From assembly GCA_965655095.1 (NCBI GenBank), contig OZ296648.1, positions 89,590,001 to 89,654,000 of the forward strand: a DNA stretch of 64,000 nucleotides, in the 5' to 3' direction. The notes below the pieces were generated by a model. The model was given only the letters and a program-made list of their open reading frames with translations. It made no database searches and had not been told where the DNA came from. The DNA is from Haplodiscus bocki. Lineage: Eukaryota. The translations under genes and the position numbers were made by a program. The number at the start of each line of letters is the position of its first letter. Position 1 is the stretch's first letter. Positions 1 to 12,716 of the stretch are shown piece by piece.

Positions 1-3000
1 TGAAGAGGAAAATCAAGGTTGAGCTGGAAACTAAACTTTGGATGTTCTGCATAGTTCCAAATATCTCTGACTTCGAAGTCTTGTTTATGTAGAACGTTTG
101 GGGGTTGCATTCCATTGTAGCAGACATTCTTTTGTTGAAGTTCGTCTCAGGACATGCATACGAGAAATTTAGCGAAAGAAAACGCAAAGTTTCTAAAAAA
201 TTTTTCATGCGAGTCAAAACTCTCACTTTTAACATCGCCAGAAATTTCAAAAAAATATATATATCTATTTTAATTTTTTCGTTACTTTCTTTTGTTCTAA
301 TGAGAGAACTCAAAGTTATATTTTCCTCTGAGAAGTTTTTTTGCTGTAGATTTTTAGGAAAGACATATGAAGCATGAATTCAATTTTTTTGGGGAAATAA
401 TTAAAACATGATTGTCATCTTGTCAGCCGGCTTTCAAATCAAAGCTTGAAACAAATTGTTATGCAATCAATCTTACAAATTTAGTGCCGCGACAGTCTTG
501 TCAGAACATAAAAATTGAGATCAAATGATTAATAATCCACATATTGTGAATCTAAAGAGTCGAAGGTGGCAAAAAACGGAAACCCTAAGAAGCTCCTGGA
601 ACAAATCGAAAGGATTTCCGAACAAAGAATAGTGGAACGAATATTTAAAGCTGATGAACTTCAATTCAGATCAAATTGTGGACGAACTTCAACAAAAGAA
701 TTGGCGATTTAGAATGGCTTTCAGTAAGAAAAGCACAGAAAAAATTAAATGCTAAGAACTATTCTCCAACATTCCAGGTGGAGCCGTTTCGAAATCAAAA
801 TATTAAATCTATAGGACATTTAAAATGATGCTGTCTTTTAAATTTCATTCTGGTATCAAATTGAATGTCAATTTTTCCAGGAAACGTGAAATTAGTTCTG
901 TACAAAGTGATGCAAAACACTTGTTGACATGTTTACGAAAATATAGAAATTGAAGAAACAATTGTTGTTTTCTGAACTAATTTCAATACAGTAAAATGGG
1001 CTTCGAGGAGTTTTGATATTTAATGTCTTGAATGGTCTTTTTCGCTCAGTTTAAAAACGATCGTAACCTTCAATTAAATGCAATTTGCGAATAATTACGT
1101 TAACCATGTGATAACATTTTGAAGCTAACACCTTTCTGGTACCGTGACCCAGTGAGTGGGAGGTTCGTTGATTTGTTTCTTCTTATCCAAAAAAGAAGGC
1201 CAGGAAACCAGTACTTTCAAAACAAAATAGTAGGGGTAAATGAGAGTTGCTGCCTTAGGTTTTAAAAATGTACTATCTAATCAAGTTGTTTCGATCACCC
1301 CACCGAACACTTTAGCACTGAAGCTTCCTAGCCAGATAATACAGAAATTCAAAGAATCATAGAAAAATATAGCAATAATCTATCATAAAGAATATTACAT
1401 TGAATTTTTTTCAAAAAATAACGCGGGAGGAAGAAGAACCCATCAAACCAACTTATCATGAAACAGATAAAATTACATTCTTGAGAAGCAGAGGTATCTC
1501 ATGAAGTCTGTAACAATTCAATCCAGCCATTCGACAGTTCGAAAAACGTTATGACGATCTAGCTACGTGATGTCCTGAATATGGTGTTTCATAGTCACCA
1601 AAGAAGACCATAGTAAATTGATGACTTGGTTGTCATGAGAATAGAAGATCTCATGATCATGCCATGGTGCCCAAACTTGACATTAAAACTTTAGATTGAA
1701 AACAAATGTTTCAGTTCATGACTGAAGCGTGATGTGATTTGGGAACGGAAGTAATCGAGAAATATCCAATCGATTAACATGTCTGGCACCGACATAATTA
1801 TCGCCTGGTGGTTAGCTTTTGCGAAAAATCAAAAAAAAATTACATGAAATGTTTCGCACCCGGTTTTCAAAGATCTTACTGAAATATCAACTCCAGGATC
1901 ACTTGGCGTTTCTCGGCATTATCGAGTTATCACGGCTCCAAAGCAAATTGCACAGCTTGCATTTTTTTCCTGAATATAAAACTTTTGCCATTTCAAGCCT
2001 CATGAGTTTCAACTACAAGGACAGAAACAATATTTCAAAACTGAGTAAAAATTTAAAAGTGGAGAACTGTCGATTGAGACCATGATGGCCGAAAACCACC
2101 TGATGGTTTCGAAAAAAATGGACTTTGAACATCAATACGAATCGTACGAGTATGCAATTTCTCGCAACCTCCTTTTTCAGGTTTGCAATCAAAGTAAAAA
2201 AAATCCAAAATTGATACTTCATCGAATGCCTACATTTACAAAAGTTGTCGATTGACATCTTAATGGAAGGAATGAAGCCGTTAGTTTTGGACGGAAGTAG
2301 GTTTGAGTCATAGGAAGAGTCATTTTTTCCCAATCTCGACGGCTTTGGTTGATCAGGAAACCGATGGAAGCCAAGTATTCCTAGATTTTGTCATTAAGTG
2401 ATCCCATAAAAAAAGAGAGAGTTCGATTGAGGCCTTGATGAAAGCTACTAGCCTGTAGTTTTGAAATGAGTCGAGTTTCAATATCCAGACGAGTCAACAC
2501 AAAACGCTTTTCTGGGCATTTTCAGCCCATCACGTATTTGTTGCAAGTAATGAATCGCAAATATTTTTGACGAATAGCTGTTTACAAATGGAAAACTGTC
2601 GGTTGAAACCTTGATGGAAGAAAAACAGCTGATTGTTTTGATTGAAAAAGCGATTTTGTTTATGCAGACCTATAAAAAGAACACAGAAAATCTGGCAGTT
2701 TTGACTGATCATTTTTCCTTTGCAAGTAGCGGAACGCGAAAATCGACAACCCAATTTCTGCTCAAAAAAACAAGTCAAGTGGATTGGGACTTTAATTGCA
2801 CAAACCCAGCCAGTGATTTTGAATAATACCGAAACTAAAAATCAGGACGAAACCTTCGACAAACATGAATTTCCGGATGTTTGTTCGCATCAAGTTCCTC
2901 TTTCCAGCAGTGAATATCGACCGTTTATTTTTCAATAATTTTCTACGATTATCAAAATTTCGACAGACACCTTGATGGAAGACATGGTACCTGTGGTTTT

Positions 3001-6000
3001 GGAGGAAAGTAGACCTGAACTGGGCAACGACAAGTCTCGTTGTGATTTTTGACATTTTCCTTCAACAAAGTGTAAGTGTCCAATGCAGGCAACCTACGCC
3101 ACAACGGATCTTTCTGTTGGAATTGTAGAAGTGGAATTTGTCTCTTGATGTCTGGGTGGAAGAGATCCGGGTGGTGGTTGTTGAGACATTTGGTTTCGAA
3201 TGTCGAAGAGAATCTTTGCTAAGTACAAACTCTAGTCTTGACAACCTATTAGGTTTCTGTTGCTAAAAAAAGCCCATGTATATGTTATTTAAAGACTCTC
3301 TAGGAGTAGAAATTTTTCTGTAGAAAAGTTGATGATATATATCCAGCCCAAACGTTTTTGACAAAAAGGCTTCTCGTGATGCTCGAATATTGAAGAAACG
3401 TAAAAACACAAGGACGTTATTTATGAGAATTAAGCAAGTAGCTGAGACTTTTCCTTTGTAAGTGTTGCTGAAGATCGTCAAGATTTATCTAGATAAAGGA
3501 ACATCAGGTTTTTGACAGAAATTGTAGTACAAAGGTTTTTTTGAGGGGCAAAACATCAGAAATACCACGGAAAAAGACAAAATTAGTCTATTTTCCGAAT
3601 TCAAGGTAAGTAAAAACCTCTGTTCTTTTGAAGACTTAGATATATCCACTGAACGACGGAAAAAGTTTTTTTTGTATCGAGTTGATATAGACATGTAGCT
3701 TGAGAGTTGATTTGCATGTCAGAAGAAAAAAATATCCGGGTTAATCGAGAATTTAGGTCAATGCGACTTCAACTAAACAAGCATGAAACAAATCAGTCCA
3801 ATAAAAGCATCAGAAAATCCAAATCATTCCGTTATCAGAAATATACATCAAAAAAAACTTCAGAGAGAATTTTTCAGTTCACCAGTTGGCTTGTTTTTAC
3901 TTTTCCTGACTGCCCTTTACGCGCAGTTTTCGCGATGCAGAACAGGTGGTGTCTTGAACAAAACTACAACCAAGCGTCACTGCGGTTATGAGGTCAAACG
4001 ATTGCGACTTCAAACCTTTCCACGGGCCTTTTTGTCGAAGCATTCAGAGACTAGCGTAGACATACAAGTTTTGAATAACAAGAAACCGTTTTTTGGATGA
4101 AGTTCAAGATTTTTTGATAAATAGGTTTGCAATTTTCGGTGCTACTTCCTACGTGACTAAAAAAAATGCTACATCTTCAAAATTGTAGTATTGTTTCCGA
4201 GAATGCCTTTGATTTTTCAAAGAGCCAAAATAAAGTTGATAGAGATTTTTTATGTCGAATGTTGAATTAAATATTATCAAGGTTGTCTGACGATTTTATC
4301 GTTTTATCTTTTAGTTTTTATACCGCAGTCCTGGTTTCTCCCGTACCGAACCATCAATCGAGTGCTTTAAAAAGGTTTCGCTTGGGGTTTTTCGTTGTGT
4401 GATCTGCATATTGCATTTAACCCTAGTTATCTCTTCTGTTGGAACTTGTTCTTCTACAAAGCTACACGTTCCAAATGTTTAACTCAAGTTCTCGATCAGC
4501 AGCAGTTTTCTGAATGATCACCTTCTACAATAAAAGTACAAGGAGATAACTTTTTTGCGGGAATTTCTTGATATTCTGAAAATGCACGAACTTGCTAACA
4601 ATACTGGAAAATTGGATATTGAAAGTCATAAGTTTTCAAAACTACTGATTTGATTCTTTCCACAAAGTCCTCATTGGGCAATTTTTTAGTTTCGGGGATG
4701 TTTTTTGCGATATTTTTTGAAAAAATTCTTTTCGTTCGAAGTTGATGGCTCGAAATAGTAGAACACTGCCATATTGCTGATGGTTTTCACTTACACTTAT
4801 CTATATGTTCGACTTCATTTTTCTCGTTAACTGTCGGTTAGGTTTGTCTAAGAACTCAATCAGCAGTCTGTTGTTTGGGAAGGATTTTCCAATAGGAAGA
4901 TCAACTTTTTTAAAAGCCACTGGATTCCTAATAGTTGAAGTGCCGAGAACTGCAATTGTTAATGAAATAATGTGGTGTTGACAGTCAAACTTCTCAGTGA
5001 CTATACGCTTTTTTTTCTTGAGGTTTTCTTTCGTTGGAGGACTTCTAACTTGAAAGACCATGAATTTTGTGGCAACAGTTTGCACAATTCAGGCTCAAAA
5101 ACTCGAAACTGGTCTTCTTTGGTTATAAAAGTGACTCACACCAGTTCTCAAAGTCTCATTTCTTCTAGTCTATCGGTATGGTTTGTTGCATTAAGGTCTC
5201 AATCGGCAACTTTTTCTGTGCCGGAGAACTTGATTGGAAGGTTATACTTTTTCTTCCTGCAACCGGAATCGTGGTAGTCCATGAAACCAGAAACGAAATT
5301 CGTATTGGATCGTCTTGATCTTCAAATTCATGTTTCTCTGTAACCTTTGGCCCGAATATTTTCATCATATTCTCAGTCAGCAACGTTTTATTTGTAGAGG
5401 ACTAATCAAGTGAACAGTTGCTGGATTCTCTGTTGCTTTGGAATCCCGATTTTCTGATGAAGCCAGAATTTGCTACTGATTTCGTCTAATCTGGCTTTTG
5501 AGACTCAATTTTCCCAGGAACTATTGGCTTGAAATCTTACATGAAGGGTTCAATCAGCAGCTTTTGACTTCTGGTGCCATTTTTGAAAAGGAAACTACAA
5601 ATTTTGCACCATGCATTAGAATTCTTTGAGTCCGAGAACGCCGATGACTGCTGTTCTGCTTTTATAACTCTTTCTACTTCACATTCAAAGTCAGTTTTGT
5701 CCACAAATATTCGCTTGAGTTGTTCCTCCAGGGCCTCAGTTAGCACATTTTTGCGAATGGCTTTGCAATAAAAGAGTTTTTTTTTGTTCCCAAGTTCGTA
5801 TTCTTGACGCAGCGAAAAAGTCCTACTTTGCGAGTGGTGTTTAGAGATCTTGGTATTGAAACCACTTTTTCGTTTTGAACTTCCGCGCTTTCCTGGAATG
5901 AATTGTGAAAGGACGAATATTCTTCTTAAAGAAGTTCAGACTATGATAGCAACTGTTTAACTTCGTTAAATTTTTGAAAACTTTTCTCGACGTTATCTCT

Positions 6001-8107
6001 TTAATTTACTTTTTTTCCCAATCGGATTCTATTTAACAGCAGTTTAGATAAAAAAAAACTGTTCAAAAAGCATCCATGAGCTTGGTTACCTTTGGTGGAA
6101 TTTTCATAGGCCGCAAGTAGCAACAAGTGGTCTTTTTATAGACAAGTTTTGATAGTCAGCCGCATATTTCTGAACAACCGCCTTGGTTTAATCAATCAAA
6201 TTGGCAATTGACAGGTTTCAATCTATTGTTAGAACGAAAAGGATAAAAGCTGCAAGTTCATTGTCATTTGGATTTAATAAATTTTCAAACTCATAAATCC
6301 CCAAAACCAGACGCTCTATTTGTTCTATTAATGTCGGATTCTTTGTTCTATTAATGTCTGATTCGACAACTTCTTTTATTGCAATTGGATCCCAAATATA
6401 TAATAATGTTTTTCCTTCAATGCCCCTTCCTTCAGCCCCTTGACAAGATTTTCTGCAATGCGACTGCGCCTTCCGTTCCTATTGGTTACAGTCATTGTCG
6501 AAGTGAAGCTAAAAGTTCATTTGCAAGGTAAAAGAGCGGCAATTCTAGGAGAAACCAACAAGTCTGTTTTGAATTTCCAATAGCAGCAATCCAGCAGAAC
6601 TTTTCAAAAGTTCAAAAACATCATCAAAGAAGATCACATAGCATCCTATTCAAGTGGTTGGACTCGCTCGATGATTTAAAGGGCAAAATAAAGACTTTCT
6701 CGAAAACATCGGGAAAGACATTTTTCCCGCCGACTTGAAAACCTTTTACTTCATCTTTTCCTTAAAAACTTCTATGTTTGCCGAAGGGATGGTTTTCTGC
6801 ATCAGTATCTAAATCTTTAGGAAAACCTGAAGATCAGTATATCTCAAATTAGTACAAAATAGGATTTTTTGGCTTTCTTTGAAATACTAGAAACCCCTCT
6901 TTGTGACAAAACATTTTGCTACTTCCAAATTTTCGAAAATGTTTGCCTGCTGCTTAGATAAACTATGACTCGCAGGGCGGGAAATCAGAAAATCAGGTAG
7001 ATTTCCCAAATTTGGGTTTTTTTCCGTAATACAAACGCTTGATTTTGCAATTTTGTCCCGCAAAAGGAACGAAAATTTTCAAAAACTTTGACTATCACTT
7101 AGGTTCATCTAGTTCTGCGAGAAAAAGATTCTTCCGAAGGGAATTTAGTGAATCTCGGGCGAAAAGAGCTTTTTTGCCAAATTAAGTTCAGTGGGTATGG
7201 CAAACTCAAACTCACAAAAACGCCCTTTTGAGGGTTTTCGGAAGCGTTCTTCACATATTTGGAATTGAAAGTAGATTTTCACTAGGTCTCTCATCTTGCA
7301 ATACAGCAACAGAGAATGAAATAAGTAAGTGAAGCCGAAGTGTCTGGGGTTCAATGAGCAAAAAGAAGGTCGGCTTAGTCTGTATATTATCTTATTCCTT
7401 CGACTCCGATATCAAAAAAGGTTAGATTATGAAAAAAATCATAAATTAATGCCATTTGAACCATTTTCGGTCTAATAAGTTGCAAGAGGAAGGATGCATG
7501 CGCCAATGTCTCAAACGAATGCTGCTCTGCCAGTCAAAAATTGTTGATTGACATAATGATGGTTGAATATGAGCTGATAATTGAGTAGAAAAGTAGGGTT
7601 GAATTAGAAGAAAAACTGCAACTAGTTGAAATGTTTTGCAAATTCAATCTATCAGGTTTCCGAGGCAAGGAATAAAAATTGCGGTAATTTTAATGAATGA
7701 CATCTCATGAGTAGACAAATTATGATTTAAACATTGATAGAAAAATTTCGCTTGGTAGTTTTGCGGAAATTGACTGGATATTTCGACAGATTCATACGTT
7801 CATGCGTTTTTGGCATTATTTACAGTGTCGAAATCCAAGTCAGCTTTCAAAAACAACTATTTATTTGCAGACAGTCAAATATCATAAAGCGCGAAATCCA
7901 AAAAAAACCTTTGACGCTCTCTTTGAACGTTTTGGAAAGTGTCGAGTTGTTGATTTTCATTACAAAGAGGAAAATGAAATGTTTGGGAAAAGAGTAACAC
8001 ATTTGTCGAACAACCCTAAAGTTATCGAAAAAACCTGAACAGAAAGGAAAGAGTGTGCAACAGTGACCAAAAATTGTCTTGGAAAAAATCTCGCCATTAA
8101 AAAGGTT

Positions 8108-8307
8108 NNNNNNNNNNNNNNNNNNNNNNNNNNNNNNNNNNNNNNNNNNNNNNNNNNNNNNNNNNNNNNNNNNNNNNNNNNNNNNNNNNNNNNNNNNNNN
8201 NNNNNNNNNNNNNNNNNNNNNNNNNNNNNNNNNNNNNNNNNNNNNNNNNNNNNNNNNNNNNNNNNNNNNNNNNNNNNNNNNNNNNNNNNNNNNNNNNNNN
8301 NNNNNNN
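8108..8307. other. Assembly gap (200 N)
   Basis: Run of exactly 200 N; sequence on either side may not be contiguous. Confidence 0.99.
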
Positions 8308-9845
8308 GGATAGTCAAACTCACATCTCCGCCTGAACACAGGCTTCATTGCTTTTCTCAGGCACCGATTCAAAGCTTGCAACTTGTTGCCAATTATTCGA
8401 AGTTTTTGTGTTTTTTTCCTTTCATAAGATTTTTGATACAACGGAGAAGCTAATTTATGCTAATAGTTTGGACAAAACTTGTTTTTGGAACGCTTTTATG
8501 CTTGAGTTCTCGCATTAGGCTTTGATTCGACAGTTTTTTGTCAGAGAAAAGTTTTGGATTCAAAAACTGTCAATATGGTTGCGTGCGTTGGATTTTTGAT
8601 GACTCAAAGGTGTAGAATTTTGCTATCGGCTTTCAGAAACTTCCATAGTCCAAATCGTAATTCGCCGTTATCACCGAATGATTTTTGTTTCCAAGTACTC
8701 ACTCTGATGTTTTTTGTTTTTGTGAGACTGTTCAGTTTTTCAAAAGTTTACTTTTGTTCCCTGCATTGGCTTACCGATACTTTCAGAATGCCAAAAGTGC
8801 TCGCGAAAAAGATAAATCAGCTACTTTTAGACTTATAGTTCTCCAAAGTAACAGATTTGATTTCTCCGACCAAGGTTGTAATCGAAAAGTTCCTGTTTTT
8901 TTCATGGTATTAACTGGAAAACTGTCACTTTGATTGGTTACATTCGAATCTTGATAGTCCATATATCACAGAAACTGTTAGCAAAATAGATAAAACTCGA
9001 TTCTCAAACGCCAGTATTGCCCTTACTACTGACTTCATTTCCTTTTCAACACTTTATATCTAATGCGTTCTGCTTTTGTTGGATTTTTCATGTGACAACT
9101 AATTGATTTTATTCTCTGCAATGGAATCTTCATTTACCAGAAATTCAAAAAACTGCTTTTATTCTTGACTTAATTCTTTATTAAAACTCAAATTTATGGG
9201 TTGTACCTGATTGATCGATCCCTCAAGATGCTATTCGATAGCCGTTCATTTCAGGAAGACTGTTTTTTTAAAAGAAAATTCAATTTGTCCCTTTCATTGG
9301 AATCAGAAGCTGGACACGGCAAAAGTGGCAAAAGTGCTATCAGTTTAGGCATTCTTCAGTTTTCACCTCATCCTTCATCAAATCTTGGAAACTACGGCTT
9401 TGATGACTCCTATCAACAACTGAAGTGACGGTGTTATAGATTTAGATGACTTCTAGATTAAACAATCTTTGATTTTCTTTTCCACGCCTGAAATGCTGAT
9501 ATGTCGAAAATGCAAAACTATTATGTCATTGTAGTACTACAGAACCGAGCATTTGGCGTCGTTTCAGAAGACGACAATAATTCTCTTTTCCAAAAGGACG
9601 TGATAAAGTAACTTTGGACGAAAACTGTTTCTTTTTGTATTTCTATGCAGACAGGTTAAGCCATTACAAAACATATGATTTGAAAAAAACTTTCTTATCT
9701 CTGATGCTTTTAAACAAGTTTGATTTCAAAATACGTTCAACAGGTGTAAAGTTCATCAAATTTTACCTCTAATTGTTGACTATGCTTGCTTTTTGGTGAA
9801 ATGCATATATTATCAGAACGTAATGTGTATGCAGAAAATTTATTT

Positions 9846-9968
9846 TTTGCAAGATCTTGCAAGATTCTTGCAATTTAGGAAAATATTGCAAGATTCTTGC
9901 AAGAATCTTGCAAGAATGCCATTGCGTCCAAGAATCTTGCTAGAAACAAATTTTCCGTCAACTAGGGT
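9846..9968. repeat. Short array of the palindromic unit TCTTGCAAGA ending in a TIR-like end (…TTTTCCGTCAACTAGGG); probable remnant of a non-autonomous DNA transposon end
   Basis: About 6-7 degenerate copies of (T)CTTGCAAGA are visible. The reverse complement of the end, CCCTAGTTGAC, resembles the CCCGGGTTGA termini at 49035-49066. Confidence 0.5.
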
Positions 9969-11113
9969 TGAGTGGTTTGTTGAACATGACTATGCCATCT
10001 TTTGCAGAGATGTACAAGACTACCTGTACAATTTCATACTTTAACGTAAACAATTTGAACTATCCCTAGGAGGTTACCAAGCTTGCGCTTTGCAAACAAC
10101 TTTAACGCTGCGCGTAGAATCCAATATTCTCTCAGTTTTATTTAAATTTGAATTTTTGCTGAGCTCTCTATTTATCATACTCATATCGCCTTTAAAGTGC
10201 TGGAAATTCGTACTGCTGGAACTTTGGCGATTGTTTTGGACTGTCAATAAATATTCTTATTAGGCATTTGACATCTGTTTGAAACTTTTCATCTGTTAGT
10301 GCATTGTTTTCACATGCACGGGGTTGGTATATACGAAAGTTTTTCAGAAAGCAATGATAGTAAGTTTCAGTAGCGCCACTTTTGCATAAGCCAATTGCGT
10401 TTTTATGAGATAAAAGTCAATTTGTTTTAATTTACTTCAGCGTCTTTCCAAGAGAAGTGAGATTTGAGGTTTTAAAATTTGCTGGTAAATTCCCCAATTT
10501 TGATATAATTATATTAAGCACAACCGCTGAAAGCATTTCCCAAGGACTCAAGTTAGAGTTTTAAGTAAATGTTCCTTTCGATCAAACTTTTTCCAGCAGG
10601 TGCAATTTTTTCCCAGCCGGACGCTTTAACGGGCAGTTTGAAGTGTTTCAGCCAATCAGAGAAAGAATTGAAAGCATGTTTCACTCTGTTTAACTGCATA
10701 CATATTGCTAATGTGTACTTTTTTGTTCCTATCTTTTCATGTTTTACAAATATCAACGCGGCCTCTTGAATTTCTGACCATGCAAGCAATCAATTCCTTT
10801 CAGACGGAAAAATTTCCTAAATTCTTGATACTTTCCAGAATGTTGCCACAATAAATTTTGATTTCCTGAAATGCAGAAAAATGAAAAAAAGCTACTTAAC
10901 ATTATAAAATTTGCGAGTCTGCGTCCATTTGAAATTATACTCCAAAAACCAACATTGCTTGAAAAGCAGAAAAACAACTTTTACTTTTAATAGGTTTTTC
11001 CTTCAAAACTACTTGATCAGCATGTGATCACCGCGTTATATTTTCCTTGTTGTCAGTTTTCCCGTTTTCCCGCATTTCCTGAGCTCCAAAGACGCAGATG
11101 TTGTTACAGCGAG

Positions 11114-12716
11114 TGTCGCAGTATACTTGCGAAGCCTGCGGATTAGAGCTGCAGAAGAAAACAACATTCCCAGACCCTCAAGGGAATTGATGAGCTGTAA
11201 ATAAAACACAATAAACCTAATATTTCATATTTATCCTAATTTTGATGTTACTGATCCGTATCATATGCGGATCACCCTAGTGAACTGATCCGGACTAATA
11301 CGGAACCGTTACGGAACAAACGGATATTCACAGAGCTTTTACTTCTAAAAGGTGCTACATTTGTAATAACTTATTCATTTTATTTGATTTACATCCACCT
11401 TTTGAGTGTGATTAGCTTGGCTTACTGTGGTAAAGTGCTATCAAATTGACTCTCGGAGTGAATATTTGTTCTGTACGCGTTCCGCCGCTACTTGTCTAGT
11501 GACGTCACAATCTTTCTTATAGCTATACTGTGCTGCAGTGCTATGGTGAATACGGAGTGACTCCGTATTCACTCCTAATTTGAGCACGGCTTACTGAATT
11601 AAAACTAATACTACTAGTGGCTACGGAACTGTTCCGGATACCACTAGTAGCTACTAGTCGGAACGAGGAGTAAACTAGTAGTGATACTAGTTTCTCCTCA
11701 TTTCCAAAAGACCAAAAGCCTAAATAATCAAGTGATGATGAAATGAAAATGAAAATGATGAGTAAATGTATTTTTGTACCAAAGTCATGTATTTCGTATT
11801 TTATTTTATTTTCTTCATTTTTTCCATTTTAAGTTGTTCTATTTTCCTTTCCCAATTAAGGAAATTAGTAATACCAAGACTGTAAACAATATATCGGCGC
11901 GGGAATAAACACTTTGATGTCCACCTCTGACGGATTAGGACCGTCCATTTTCTGTCGAAAGATAGAAAAAGCGCGTCCTATGATGGAAGAGGTGGATGGA
12001 AAAGTTGTTTATTTCCCGCCAGAGTCGGCATTTCTGAATTTGATAATTTGATTTAATGATGTACGAAGTACTTTTCCCTATTTGTACCTTGACTTGGCGG
12101 ATAGACAATTATGTTTGGGGCCAGGAAAAGGTATATATAGGAGAAATGAATGTACAGGAGACACAATTTTTTTATTATTGTAAAGTACTGATGATAATAT
12201 TCCAGTATTGTATTTCCCTTCGTTGTTAATCAAAACTGTTAAACTACCAAAATTGATTTTCTTTCTGAAAAAATAATCAAGTTTTACTGACTGATCATTA
12301 TTTTTCCCGTAGAAAATGACAACTCGAAACAAGAGAAAGTTGGCAGCATTGAATAAGGAAAACTGTGAAGAACATCCTAGGAGCAACTTGGCACAAAACT
12401 CAAAACGCTCCTAGATCACAGGAAGACTACATAACTCAAGTTTCTGAGGAAATTGAGGGAAGGGTCACAAAAAGGTTGTCAAAGGAGTTCAGTAGAACAG
12501 AAAACCGCATTCTAGGTGCATTAGCGCGTCTCGACAATTTTCTTGTGATCCCGCTACTACCGAGCCACTTCGGAACCACTCCAGAGCCCTCCCGCAACGC
12601 ATTAAGTACAAGCCAGGGAACGAATGAGGACGACTCCCAGAATGATCCTCATCCTGAAGCGGGCCTCTTCCACGGTCAGATGACACAAAACTCTGGCCCA
12701 GAATATGACCACGACA
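11114..12716 (+). repeat. 5' LTR of family A (1603 bp, TGTCGCAG...CCACGACA)
   Basis: Colinear with the reverse complement of 54496-56197 from TGTCGCAG to CCACGACA. It has TG...CA ends with a TGTCG/CGACA inverted repeat and a TATA-like TATATATAG at 12132-12140. Confidence 0.85.

Noticed and set aside
7847-8453. Four track ORFs of 90-158 aa
   Set aside because: Artefacts of translating through the N gap.
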